NCBI GenBank assembly: GCA_973895155.1
Contig: OZ316895.1
Span: forward strand, 9,660,184 to 9,724,183
Direction: 5' to 3'
DNA length: 64,000 nucleotides
Source of the DNA: Marsupella aquatica
Taxonomy: Eukaryota; Plantae; Marchantiophyta
In this document: one piece after another, positions 12,639-25,792 of the stretch
How positions within the stretch are numbered: the stretch's first letter is position 1
Layout of the letters: the number at the start of each line of letters is the position of its first letter
The notes under the pieces: generated by a model
The model's input: only the letters and a program-made list of their open reading frames with translations
Told to the model about the DNA's origin: nothing
Database searches by the model: none
Translations under genes and position numbers: made by a program

Positions 12639-14825
12639 AGGGCAATAAAAATTTCACCAAAATATACACCTTACTCACATTCTTTGAATGATAAAAAATC
12701 ATCATGCATGTCATCATTTTAATAATCATTTATAACATACAATACTCTTCTCTATGCACATCTCTCTTTTTATACATATATGTTATGGTGGGAGAATAGA
12801 ACCCACTTTTTAATGCAAATAAAAATCATGACAAAAAGCATGCATGATTATCATCTGACATACATCATAGTCAAGATTTTTCCCACCTTAATTTGATTCA
12901 ACTCTCACCACATGACTCCTCTTCTCTCCACTTGCTGTTATTCTTAGTGGATGAGAGTACAAGGCATATCCACCCACAACTGGCAAGGTCACGTGTGTTG
13001 ACCTTGTAAAGCATCATGGGGAAAATAGATCACTATGTTTTACTTGTGAAAATGTTGAATCTCCAGCAAGGTGAGTCATAAGGTGTTGCAGCACCTTGAC
13101 CCCATCCTCTAGAAGGATCACAACCATTATTTGACCCAGAAACATGTGGATGACAGTTAAACCAGAACCAGTTCCCACAGCAAGAACCAAGTCTCCATTG
13201 CTTGAGACCAGGCTATGCACAACCTTCTCCTGTTTTTGGCCTTCAAACTCAAATTTTATAACCACCAAAAATAAGTTATACAGAGAGGAGGCCCAAAAGA
13301 AGGCTTACCAAGAGGGGCAGAAACGTACCTAGTACTCTTTTTGACTCATTGTGACAAAGGAAGAAAGGGGAGTTTAAATCCTATCACCCTAAACCCTAAA
13401 CTCCAACTTCAAGTAGAATTGACATACTCTAGGTGGCAATCACACTCTACGCAAGTGCCTGCTGGCCAATGAGATTAGTAGTAGGTGGAATTAGGATGAG
13501 GGCAGGAATTCTTACTGTAGAGTTGAAACTCTCTACTTGCAAGGCCTCAAGACAAAGGTCACTATGTGCACTTATATGTGTATTGCAGCAAGTTATAAGT
13601 GCAATTGGAGCAATTATTGACAAGGCTACCGTGGGGTCTGGGGTTTATCTAGATGATAGGTATAATGAAATACTAGGAGTGTAGGAAAACAAAGTAAGAA
13701 GTCAGGTCCTTCTCGGGACAGAACTGCTAGGTCCTAGTTGGAGTGATCCCTGCCACACACTACATATGGGATCACTTCACACCTAAAACTCCTACCTCTT
13801 ATCTCTAAGGGCAACATTTTGGCTGCATTCAAACCCTATGAACGTATCCACAACTGCATTCCATTGTGTTTTAGTTATGTTTTTGCTATTATGGAAACAC
13901 TTGTAGAGGTATGGCACTTAAAATTTGGTCATTTTGTGAGTCACTTTGTGCTCAAATACCTTTACAAGTGTAAAGAACCCCAATAGACACAAGCATGCAT
14001 AGTGCAGTTCCCAAAAGGGAAGAGGCTCTTCCCTTGCAATTATCCAGGTATTGCACTCAAACATGGGTTTTCAATAATATAGCCACCCTCATCGTTTCGA
14101 GGCTTGTCGTATCTCACGGCCAGATTAGAGGTGAATGTGTTCTCGAGGGGGAAGTGTTGGCACCGTTTGTTTCCTTTGGCTCAGGTGATTTTCAGACATT
14201 GCTATTGATGGGGTACCGCCTCCTTTAGAAAGGAAAGCCCCCATAGACTCAAGGTAGGTGTGACAAAATTTCACACTACATGGCGTTCCCCGTCGCGTCC
14301 AAAAGTGTTTCGACTCAAATTCAGGTTTGAATACTCTACACAGATCTTCTTGGATACTCTGCATTATTTTGATGAACCTCTCTCTTCCCAATGCTCATTG
14401 CATTTCTTCCGTGGCTTGACCCGTCCAGGGTGTGAGAACGGAGCTGGTCCTATGTGGGTATGATGATTCAGGTTTGGTAAGTTAAAGCCACTGAAACAGC
14501 ACATGCCTTTTGTTTTTCTCCTTGCACGTATGGTGACGTGTTCACTAGTCTCTTCGTGTTTGGGCATGACGCTTTCAACCTCTTCCTTGGTATGCATCAG
14601 ATGTAGAATCTTCCCATTCCTGTAATTCATTGGACATAGGGGTCAGGGTTTAGAAATTGAGTGATCCATACATTTGCATTTCGCCTTAGAGTTTGCTACC
14701 TCTTGCTTGATGTGCATCAAACCTAGTACGAGGGCCTTCTCATCCACTCATTGACCGGAATTAGGGTTTAGGGTTTTAGATTTTGAGAACTGGGATATAT
14801 GTGGTAGAAGCTGAGGAGGAATGAA

Positions 14826-17032
14826 ATGTCACACCGAGCTCCTGGCAATGGCGGCCATGCTGGGCCGCACACAAAGGAGAAACTCAGTATCGAGGCCTCA
14901 ATCCTCTTGAGTAACCAAACGCAAAAAACTGCACAACTGAATCTTCATGGATTGGCAACGACAAGCAGCGGAATGCCCGAAGCTAATCAAAGCAAAGAAG
15001 CCACGACTTCGCATGAGCACGCAAAAGGAAAGGACATTAGGGCAAGCAGTGACAAGAGGGAAAGGCAAGATGGAAACGAGATCATAATCAACGAGAGGAA
15101 CACGAGTAGCAACACTGACTTCGACAATCAGGCACGCAGAATTGACAGGATCGGATCAATAGCACTGACACCAGAAGTCAGAACGTCTGGCAGACTAAGA
15201 CTGACAGAGGGCCACATCGCGCGGCAGCAACAAACAACCCAATGCACGGCTCTCGCAAGGAGAAGACAGGAATCAATGCTGACATTCAGGACTCTGCAGT
15301 ATCCCTGACGGAAACTAGAGATACTCACATGGAATGTTTATCTGTCCCAAATGCGCGTAACCCAAATTGGGGGTTCAGAGGTCCAGAGTGGAACCCGGAG
15401 GAATGCTACTCACAAAGCAACCAAACTGAGCAGGAAGACAAAGACAACCCATACGACTACAATCTGGACAAGGAAGCAGGGATACATGTATCTGACAAAG
15501 ACTTGCGAGACCAGCTTGCTCACATACCAAAGGCCCCTTCGGCGCCATCGCCAGGTATGAGATCGGAATAGCTCATAGTCGATAAAACCATCGTCGCTAG
15601 CAGGATACTACACTTGCAAAACCGAGGGGTCATTCTATACACTGTCGATATCAACCCTTCTCGTGACTACTTTGAAGCGTGGGCACACAACATCATTGGC
15701 CACCGCATGAGGATAGAAATAGAACAAATCAAATTCCTTTCTTGGTACACCTTTTTGCTGGTTGTCTCAAGTCCAGCCAAACAGAAATCCATTCTCCTTG
15801 AACCATTCCTACACATGGGCCGCAAGATGGTAAATGCCATGCCGTGGACCCCCGATTTTGATGCAAACGCTATGAGGTCTACCAAAGCTTATGTATGGGT
15901 GGATCTTCCACTCCTGAATCCGGCCCTGGAATATTACACTAACCAGATGCTAGCCAAACTTGGGACGGTTCTCTATGCTCAGACATCACATGCCAGGAGT
16001 AAGTTCTCACATATTCGTGGATGTGTGCTTTGTAATCTGAATGAAGACTTAGTGGAATATATCAAGCTCACTATCCCCAATATTGGTAGCTATAAGGTCA
16101 ATGTGATTTATCACACTATCCCGGATGCTTGTTTTGCCTGTAAATAGCGTGGGCATATCGCAAGGTACTACCCAAACAAGGCCGGACCAGAACACAAAAA
16201 AGAAGCAGCTGAAGCACACAGCGGCAGAAGAGATCAGCCTACGATTCACAAAGGAGAGGTCAATGAAGAGGGCTTCACCAAAGTCACAGGAAGCAGAGGC
16301 ACAAGAGGGATGGAACAAGGAGGAACGACTACTACAACCATCCTGCAGGATAATAATCCATACAAAGCAATCGCGTCTCATGGGGATCTCAAAGATGGCA
16401 AAATTGTTCATATTGATACTAAAAATCTTGAAACGCCTACACCTACTCAGCATCAAACTCATGAATCACCACACAACACTCCAACGCTTCAACACAAGCA
16501 GGACAAAGAGGACGAGAAAAAGCCATTGGAATTCCCAGGAAAAATTGCCCAAGTGGAGTTGGAACGGACACCACAACGTACCCCTACAACTGAGTGGGAC
16601 TCAACTGATGACATGGAGACAGAAGCCACCAAAAACGCACGGAAAGCTACTGCATCGCCAAACCGGGGATGGGAAACAGAAACCTCTAGCTCACCACACC
16701 GCTCGGAGCATCTGGGGAGACAACAACCAAAAAAGACAAAAAATAATTTGAATGATGGAACCACACCAGAATTTGCCAGCGACAGACGCATGGCGGAGGT
16801 GCTTCCTGAAGAAACTCCATTTGATCAGGTCGAAGAAAGGAGGAGTGTTTCACACAGTGGGCCCTTGGGTACCCACAACCACAGCGAGACGGGCCCTCCC
16901 TCCAACATTACACAAAGAAACAAAGAACCAATTTCTAACGGGAGCTACACAGAGAATAGACGACCCAACAGTGACAAAGGCAGCAATACATGTGCACAAA
17001 GTGGGCCACAAAACTCAACAACATTAAGATGA
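14826..17032 (+). pseudogene. LINE ORF1 (DUF4283-like region plus zinc knuckle), disrupted
   Basis: PWTPDF...VWVDLPLL motif and CFACK*RGHIARYYP knuckle, then a low-complexity tail. Broken by stops and frameshifts; exact start uncertain. Confidence 0.75.
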
Positions 17033-20000
17033 TGGACACCACCCTTACCATCTGCCAGTGGAACACACAGGGACTTAACGACCCGTTGAAGGTTAAGCAA
17101 ATTGGAATGTGGATGCGTTGAAGCAAGCAGGAGAAAGCAATTATGTGCTTTCAAGAACTGAAGATCAAACAGGATAGAGTGTTGTTTCAGCTGAAGCTGC
17201 TGAACCAAGCTGGGATGCATCTACTTGACTGCGACACAAATGGTAGGGTGGGCGCTGCGCCCTGGGGAATCACTTAGAGTAAAACCCCTAAAACACGTGA
17301 GAACAAACCAATGAAATTTGAAAAAATAAATTCAAAAATAAATTTAATTAAAAATACCCTTGTACCCTTGATTATATGGCTTTGACAAATTTTTAAATAC
17401 CTTGCTGAATATAAAAACTAATATTTTTACCAAAATTGGATTTTTAAATGCCTTTAGTACAAATTTTTGATTATAATTATTACACCAACAAGATTAAAAA
17501 GAACCTTCATTTGTTCGCACCCCGTTCTAATAATCCAACGAGTGATTCCCCAGGGGCGTTGCGATTACAATTCCCACCCATTTAACCGTCATTGACCATG
17601 GGCACAAAGGTGATGGGACATTTGTGTGGGCTAAAATCCAGACTGAAATTGGTGATCTTAACATCGGATCCATCTACGCCCCGAATGAGAGAAGAGAGAG
17701 AATTAATCTCTGGAAGTGGCTGAAAGCCCACACGAGTCAATCCAACTGGGTTCTCTGTGGCGACTGGAATATGGTAGAATTGTGGGACGACGCTGCTGGG
17801 CCATCTTCCCGCATCCACGACACTGAATACAGAGCTTGGAATAAATTAGTGGAACACCTGGATCTGGTTGACAACTACTTGTGTGCTGGATCCAGGCTAG
17901 GACCACACTTCACTAGACAATCAACGCACGCTGCCAGACTTGACCAATCAAGGCTAGATAGGAATTACAGCAGCAACCGTAATGATTGGTGCGCTTTCGT
18001 CCAGACCTGTACTCATGACGTGAGAGAAACTATCTCTGACCACATTCCTGTCATCACTACCTTTGTTCTCAAACAAAAATCTCAAATGGGACTTCAAAGG
18101 AAATCCACGTACTTCAAAATGGACGCCGGCATCATCGACTCCCCTGAGATGGAACATGCATTGAAGGAGACCTGGAATCAACACATGGACGACACTAGGG
18201 ATCCTTGGGTAAATTGGGACCTGGCATGGGGCGCTGTGAAACGGTTTCTTCAAGCTGAAAAACACAAGAGAATGGAGGGTAGGTTGTCACGACATCCCAG
18301 GAACCAACTACAGGAATTGCGTATCCAGGCTGGTCTTGTTGCCACTCCCGATAATATCAAGGATCTACGAAAGGAGGAAGAGCGTGTGAGGAGAATTGTC
18401 CAGGATGATGCAATCAAACTCAGACGGAAAAGTAGGGTTCGTTGGCTCCAGTTAGGGGAGGCGCCCACGAAATACTTCTTCAACCAGCTTAAGGCTAAGC
18501 AAGCCAAAGAAAGCATCAGACGTCTAACGTTGGCCAATGGGGAAGAGTGCGAAGACAAAGAACAAATTCTTCGGGAGGTGTCATCATTCTACACAGAACT
18601 CTACGCTATTGATTCTAGTGTGAATGAGAATGGGAGACTCCGGGATACCGTGAGGGAACTTATCACCACTAAGATCATACTGCGTGAGAATGCTGTGTTG
18701 GCCGCTGTACCTGAGGCAGCAAAAATTGAAAAAATGATCCTAGCTCTACCAAAGGACAAGTCTCCTGGGATCGATGGGGTAACCTCGGAAATGCTGCTCA
18801 TTGGGTGGGAGTACATGAAATCCGCGTGTGTGGAGATGATTCAAGCATTCTGGACGGATGGTCGGCTGACTACTAAAGCCTCTGCGGGAGTTATTAAACT
18901 CATTCCCAACAATCAAGAAGTACAAGAGCTCAGCAATTGGCGCCCCTTGACCATGCTCACCACCACCAAGAAAATTATAGCCAAACTTCTGGCAGATCGT
19001 GTGAAAAAGGTGGCTGACAAACTTGTGGATCCTCAACAGACAGGCTTTCTAGCAGGACACGACATCCTCGACAATCTCATGACATTCAAACTGGGCCAAG
19101 AAGTAGCAGCCAAGACTCAGCAGCAACTCATCTTTTTGAAACTTGATTTCACCAAAGCCTACGACCGAGTTGCTCACTCATTTCTCTGGGCTGTTTTGTC
19201 AGCTATGGGCTTTGAAGGGCACATCCTCTCTCTTCTACGGGGTCTGGTAGAAGGAACTCACTCAAAAGTCCACATTAATGGACGGTTCACGGAATCCATC
19301 CCACTAAGTTGTGGGGTGAGACAAGGCTGCCCCCTCTCATCGTTCTTTTTACTCTGACCACTCAACCTCTGATGGCGTTGCTTGAACGCAAACTTGACGA
19401 TGGATGTCTGCAGGGAATGAGATTGCAAGACGGGAGCAGCCTGTGCCATCAGCTCTTTGCAGACAATACTGGCCTTTTCCTGGAGGCCACTGAGGAGGAA
19501 TTCAACATGGCAAGAGAATAATACAGCAATATCAGAGAATCTCTGGAGCAATGCTGAACATTCGTAAGTCCCGAATCATCCCTCTGTTCCTAAAGTCTAC
19601 TACTTACCCTGGCTGGTTTCAGAATACCGGTTGTAGTGTTGCTCAGATTGGGGAGGTAACCGAGTACTTAGGATGTCCAATTGGGTACATGGTTTGCCCT
19701 TCCCAAGCAACCAATTTTCTTCTTGGGAAAGTTCGGAAGAGGCTATTTCATTGGACCAACCGAAGTCTGTCATTGGCTAGCCGTGCCATCCTCTTGAAGC
19801 ACGTGATCAGGGCCATACCTACCTACCATTTGATGACCTTGGAGATACAGAAGACCGGATACAGGGAACTCAAGAAACTGTGCAGGAGATTTCTCTGGGG
19901 CAACTCACCGTCCACAGGACATAAAAAGGCTCTCATTGCCTGGCAGGACATTACGAAACCAAAATGATGTGGGGGACTCAGGATCCTTCCTTTTGAAAGC

Positions 20001-21260
20001 CAATCTCAGGCTTTGAAAATGCGTCACATCTCCAAGCTGATCCTTGGAGAGAACAAAGAATAAGTGACAATGGCAAACCAGTTCATTGTGCAAGGGATGA
20101 AGACGGGACCTGGCAAGAAAGAGAAGAGAAGGTGGTCCACCAATGAAGCCATTCTACTCGAGGGTGAACTGCCAATTACTGGTTCACCAACTCTTAAGTC
20201 ACTGCTGAAGGGATGGATGGACACCAATCAACATTTGCGCTGCGATTTGGGGGGTGGCAACCTCCCACAATCCCTCACTACAGAGCAAGCTATCCTACTG
20301 TTTGCCCGAAACCATCCAATCCCGGATCTGGAGAGTATTGAGCTGAAGATCTACCTGGCCAGAAGGAGCATCAAAAGGATAGCAGACATGTGGTCCTCAC
20401 AGACAGGTTGGATGACAGAGGAGACACTACACAGCAGAGTCAGAAGTAACCGACCAAGAGGCAGAGAAGTGTTTAGACGATTCTACAACCAGCTGAAACG
20501 CTGCCCCAGCCTCGACGCGAACCAGCTCCAGAACTTCAAAGGATGGCAATGGGATTGGACAGGTAAGAATAGAGGTTGGAAATTCTCAAATAAAACCTGG
20601 GTCCTTTGCAACCTACCTAGAACCTCGGATGTCACCAAGCTGAACAGGCGTTGGGGGCAACAAACCACGCCTAAAGGATGGCACACCCAATGGAAAAACC
20701 TTTGGGGAGGTTGGGTCTTACCGAAGGTACGATTCTTCACTTGGCAGCTTCTCAATCATGGCTTCTTTACGAATGGGAGAGGCAGCCGCTGGAAAGTTTG
20801 TGACGGAAATTGCGACAGATGCAAACTGTCCTTTGAGCACACGGAACATTTGTTCTTCAGCTGCCCGTATGTGACCAAGAGATGGAGAGCCATTCATCAG
20901 ATCACGCTTGGTTTTCCTGCTCTCTCTTTCCCCACCGGATCACTGTTTGAAGCCATTCAATTCCTGGTCCGTATTCAGAAAAGAAAACCGGGCCCCATGA
21001 TCATTCTGATGGAGCTGTGTCAAAGCATATGGAAGGAAAGAAATGCAGCGATTTATTCCCAATTTTTTGGCAGACTTCCCGGTTGGGTGATCCTTCGATA
21101 CAACAAAGACCACCTTCACTCTATGCTGGCAATCTGCAATTCACCCAAGAAAGGGAGACAGCTGAACGCCGCCATGGACCAATTGAGAATTGCTCTCCAA
21201 CCATGGGACAAAATTGATAACCCCCTCTCCCTTGGTATTCATGATGATGACAGGAATTAG
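17029..21260 (+). pseudogene. LINE ORF2: AP endonuclease, reverse transcriptase and zf-RVT; disrupted
   Basis: ICQWNTQGL, GDWN, SRLDR, SDHIPV (endonuclease); KSPGIDG, WRPLTML, LDFTKAYDRV, GVRQGCPLS, LFADN (RT, with D to N change); CDRC...EHTEHLFFSCP. Its ATG overlaps the ORF1 stop (ATGA at 17029-17032). Confidence 0.92.
17260..17555. mobile_element. MITE with CCCTGGGGAATCACT TIRs and 8-bp TSD, inserted in the LINE endonuclease
   Basis: Perfect 15-bp TIR (17260-17274 and 17541-17555); flanks GCGCTGCG and GCGTTGCG; AT-rich interior. Confidence 0.9.
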
Positions 21261-23290
21261 GAAGATTAGGACTTATTTTAGGAAGCACACTGTGATGCCA
21301 GAATATAGATACGAATTTGATCACAGGACTGGTAGGAATATGGATACTTGTTGCACTAGAATTAACACTATGGTTGATCTGGGAGATGTGTCGAACGTTG
21401 GTAGAGGTAGACAGAATAGTAAGACTAGTAAGTGGGAGTTTGAGAGGGCTATTCTGAGGTGGCTTTTTAGGACCTCCTGGCCGGACTAGACTGGTGGTTT
21501 TTCTGGTTCTTGGCTTCCCGGCGCTTGTGCCGTTGGTGCCGTTTCTTTGGGTGGCTTTCGTCCCCTTGGTGGTATTGACGGGCCTTGTGCCCCCCCTTTT
21601 TGACTAAAATAAATAAATAAGATTTTGAGAACTGGGTTCCTCTTAATGCTCCAAATTCTCTCAACAGTGGTCTGCTGTGGAATTGGCATCGATCCTTCTT
21701 CAAATGACTCGTCTGACAAGCTAGAATCTTCGTGACAGGTAGTAGTTACTCAGATAGGAAAGATGGGGACGCTGCTCAGTGCGAGGTGTGTGCACTGTTA
21801 TGCCTTAGCCGTGTCTGCAGATTACAGCTCTTGAACGCAAAATTCTTTTGCTCTCCTTCTTGTTCGACGAAAATTTATTTCTAGGTGCCTTCTCTCTGCT
21901 ATTGGACTTCTGCTACGGTTGCCGCCAGAGCTGGCAAGGGGTGGACAGTTTTGAAGTTTGTCCATAGCGTTCTTTGTGCAGGAAAGAGGAGGCCTATGGT
22001 GGAGGACCCACTTACAATGTGCACGTTCTGATGGGTAAACGGGACGAGGTGAGCTTGTCAAGTACAGTTTCAGAAATTACAGTGCGCAGGGAATTATTTT
22101 CAGCCTCGCTCATAGTCAATGGCGGCTGCAAGGCTGCGCCTTTTAATGCAAACAATTGCTCCCATCCGGAGCTGACAAGAGCCTGTGTCTATGTGAGTGA
22201 ATTTTCTGATTCTCGATATGGTTTCTGTTTCTTTTGTTGCAGCCATTCTTGGCAGCATGTGCAAGACAGCTAATTGAGAATATGAGGTGAACCGTCTCTA
22301 CATCGAGTCCTATATACACGGCTCTATCTGAATTTAAGTTTTCCGTTATAATCGAAGGCCTGCATTGACTGCCAGACTAATTGTGCTTCATGATGGTCTT
22401 CTTGCAGTAATGACGGTTCAACCCGATCCCTTGTCCTCTCTTTAGGCCTACAAGACCACTCACCGGTAAAATTCATAGCAGACTGAACTTTCGGAGACCT
22501 GCTCTGTGCAGCTATGTTGCCGTGTGACAAAACGTTTACATCGAGGTTTTGGTGTTGTTTTTTCACTTCCATAAGAGGCATACAAAGTAATTGTTCGGTG
22601 ATTATACGAGTGTGTAATTGTGAATATTAAATTCCAAGCTCATGCCTTTCTTCGTGGATGATGCAGGCAACCCTGAAAAGTATTCTGCAATTGATTATTG
22701 CCAACAAAATCTGGTGACTTTATACAATATTAAATGGATTGATATGGTGGCCAGTATTCATATCTGTTTCTTTTAGGATGACCACTCATGGCAGCATACC
22801 TTAATGGTCTAATTGGTGGTAAAGTTCTCTCCTCGGGATCGCTGTTTCTTGAGCTAACATGTTGATAAATATAAATTGAGGAGAGACATTATAGACAGCT
22901 GTTCAGGGGGTTGAAGTACCACAGCGGTTCATCAGCAAAAATCTTGTACTTGGCTTCTTGGCAAAAGATGTACAGGTGTATGAAGAGAATACATAGGAGT
23001 AGCAAGAAAATATCTCGCTGCCAGAAAGTTTCACAGAGAGCATCGGACTATGTACCAAGAATATGAGCCGTGTTTCTTTCCATTTCATCACACTAGGGAA
23101 GCGGTCGTTACTCTATTCATCTATTGACCCGGGATCTGGATTCATATCTCTTCTCATACCGTGTTTTGCGTATGGCTGTTTAGTGGAGGGGAGGATAGCT
23201 CATGCATATGCATCTTCAGTTTCTTGCAGGAGACAGTTACCCGTTCAAGCTGAACTTTCTGGGGCGAATCACTTGAGTACGTGAGACTTG

Positions 23291-23380
23291 TTGGTCTAGC
23301 TCAAGTGGCCAGGGGATTGGCTCTAGGATTGAAAGGTCTCAGGCTGAATTCCCCCTCATTCTCAGGCATATGGGTGCAAT
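23291..23380 (+). mobile_element. tRNA-derived SINE head (degenerate)
   Basis: A-box TAGCTCAAGTGG (23297-23308) and B-box-like GGCTGAATTCC (23342-23352) at tRNA spacing. No convincing cloverleaf. Confidence 0.55.
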
Positions 23381-23796
23381 TTATCCTATATGTCTGTCAA
23401 CATGTAAATTGCCCTATTAGTATATCATGACCCGAGTGATCATCTGCATTTGCTTCCAAAAAAACAAAAAACAAACAAATACAAATTGAGAGTCCAACAT
23501 ATCAGACTCATTTCTGTTATGACAAAAGCTGGGCAACTCAGTTTGGGAGTTAGCCCGAGAAAACAATTAGTGTGGAACACAAGGAAAGTTACCGTCACTA
23601 TGTCAGTAGTTGTCGTAGTCAATTTGGTCAGATCAAGAATGGCAGGAATGTGGATTACGATAGTGTCATCGAGAGACTGCGCAAGAAGGCAAAGTCATAG
23701 GAAATTTGTAGTGTCATTTGTAGTGTACTGCGCTACGCCTCAGAATCATGAAAATGCCTGAAACTCAAAATCATTTCACCTTAACCAACTGGCTTT

Positions 23797-24286
23797 GGTC
23801 CTTCAGAGGATGAGCCTAGAACCAAGAAGTCCCAGGTTCAATACTCCCTCCACACGCAACGGGTGTGAGGGTATGTGTGTGGGTGGTGTTTAATCCTCTC
23901 TCTCTCCTGGTAGTTTAGAGGATGAGCCTAGAATCCAGAGGTCCCAGGTTCAATCCTCTCTCCACACTCAAGGGGTGTGAGGGTATGTGTATGGGTGGGG
24001 TTTAGTCCTCTCTCCCTCCTGGTCAATTCAGAGGATGATCCTAGAACCGAGAGGTCTCTCCCTCCTGGTCAGTTCAGAGGATGATCTTAGAACCGAGAGA
24101 TCCCAGGTTCAATCCTCACATGCAAGGGGTGTGAGAGTATGTGAATGGATGGGGTTTAGTCCTCTCTCTCTCCTAGTCAGTTCAGAGGATGATCTAGAAC
24201 CAAGAGGTCCCAGGTTCAATCCTCACATGCAAGGGTGTGAGGGTATGTGTGTGGGTGGGGTTTAATGCTCTCTCCCTCCTGGTCTG
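23797..24286 (+). repeat. Tandem array of ~4.5 units (~110-120 bp) derived from a tRNA-like SINE
   Basis: Repeated CAGAGGATGA..CTAGAACCRAGAGGTCCCAGGTTCAATCCT...GGGTGTGAGGGTATGTG; each full unit has a B-box. Confidence 0.75.
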
Positions 24287-25169
24287 GTCCCTATCTGATC
24301 CCCTGAGTATTGTCCCCTTGTGGCTAGGTATTGTCCCCTTGTGACTACCGTATATAAAAATGATGCTCCTGAGTAGGACTAGCTTACATAGAAATGCATG
24401 CCCTAGAGTAAGAGGTAGGACTAGCTTACATAGAAATGCATGCCCTACAGTAAGAGGTCTATCCTCTGTTGGATGGGGCTTGCTTTCCATTTTCAAGGCA
24501 AAGAAAATTCATTTCACCTTCTTGTGAGACCTTATGTGCTCGGAGGCTTTGCCGAACAGCTTGAAATCACATGAAAAGGGGCGTGAAGAAGTAAAAATGT
24601 ACTTAATCCCTAGAGACCGAATTCTTTTAGTTGAAAATGGGTGTGAAAATATAAGTGCAGTTTATCCCTAGTGAAAGGAATTCTTTTGGTTGGCTCCTGA
24701 AAATTAGTATCGCTTATCGTCACCTTTACTGTTCAGTGTCCCAAGCACTACAGTAGGCTATCCGGACATGACATCCCTAGCTGACCAATTGGAAGGATGG
24801 ATGCAGACATCCGAGGTGATGACATGCCCTTGACTGACGAATCGGAAGGAGGGAGAGAATCCAGATCCGATAACATAATCATGTCGGACATAATCCTCAG
24901 AAAGTTGTCGGATAATAGATTCGGCGTCATTGGATGGGCAAGTCAGAATGAAACGATTCGGGGTCTGGTCTATATTCGGGGACTGGCAGCTTCGAAGGAA
25001 GCCGCTACCGTGAAATGCGCTGCACATACAGAGGAGACCATGATTTCCGATAAATCCGCAAATTCATACAGTCGAAGGCGATCGATGTTGTGATTCCCAT
25101 GCTTCGGGAATTTCGGAGTTTTTCTGCCACAATCCTTGAAAACTCATGATTGTTTAATGCATTTCAGAG

Positions 25170-25226
25170 TTGTCACGGTTGGGGATCAGTGTCACGGTTG
25201 GGATCAGTGCCACGGTTGGGATCAGT
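25170..25226 (+). repeat. Minisatellite, 3 copies of a ~19-bp unit TGTCACGGTTGGGGATCAG
   Basis: Visible directly in the sequence. Confidence 0.85.
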
Positions 25227-25792
25227 ACCGCATCTAAACATCACAAGCTTTCTGTCTTGATTTTTCAATTGGCAAAGAACTGTTGGAGCGTTTTACTTCG
25301 CAGAAAATGTCAGCAAAGCAGCGGTGCTCTGTTGCGTTGTCAATTGGTACAGACGAGAGAAATTTTACGAAGAATGCTCTTCATTCGGTCGAAGGCCTTG
25401 AACTCCGATTTACAGAGAGTTCAGATCTTTCGCTAACAACTACTACGAAGCAATATGTACATTGGAATAGCATCCAAAACAGTCGTATCCCAGATGTTCG
25501 ACGCGATAACAAGACATCAACGACCTTTTTCACGTGCAATAAATCTCGCGAACTGGAACTGTATTAAAAAGCCTTAACAGAAGTTCTTAAAAGCGCAGAG
25601 ACCTCATTGACGTTATGACTGTATACCCAGAGATATTCTGCTCTACGCTCGTGAGCGCATTGTATAATCCCAGGATTCAACGAGAAATGTCTGTAACAGC
25701 GTCAGTCGTAGCACAGCGTCTGCTGCCTAACTGTGAATCAGCCGCAGACGAACAGCAATATATAAGATCTATAACGTAGTTGACAGACTTGT

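Larger units (their letters stand above)
14795..21619 (+). mobile_element. Full-length L1-clade LINE retrotransposon (inactivated)
   Basis: Perfect 17-bp TSD AGATTTTGAGAACTGGG at 14778-14794 and 21620-21636; (AAAT)n tail; ORF1 and ORF2 present. Confidence 0.93.

Noticed and set aside
12640-14000. Copia-like remnant
   Set aside because: Only weak purine-tract hints, with no domain or termini that I can support.
13380-14780. TTTAGGG/CCCTAAA motifs as an interstitial telomere
   Set aside because: Only two units at each site (also at ~7120 and ~41006); these are common telo-box-sized motifs.
23291-23380. Functional tRNA gene
   Set aside because: The B-box is degenerate and there is no consistent acceptor stem; better explained as a SINE.
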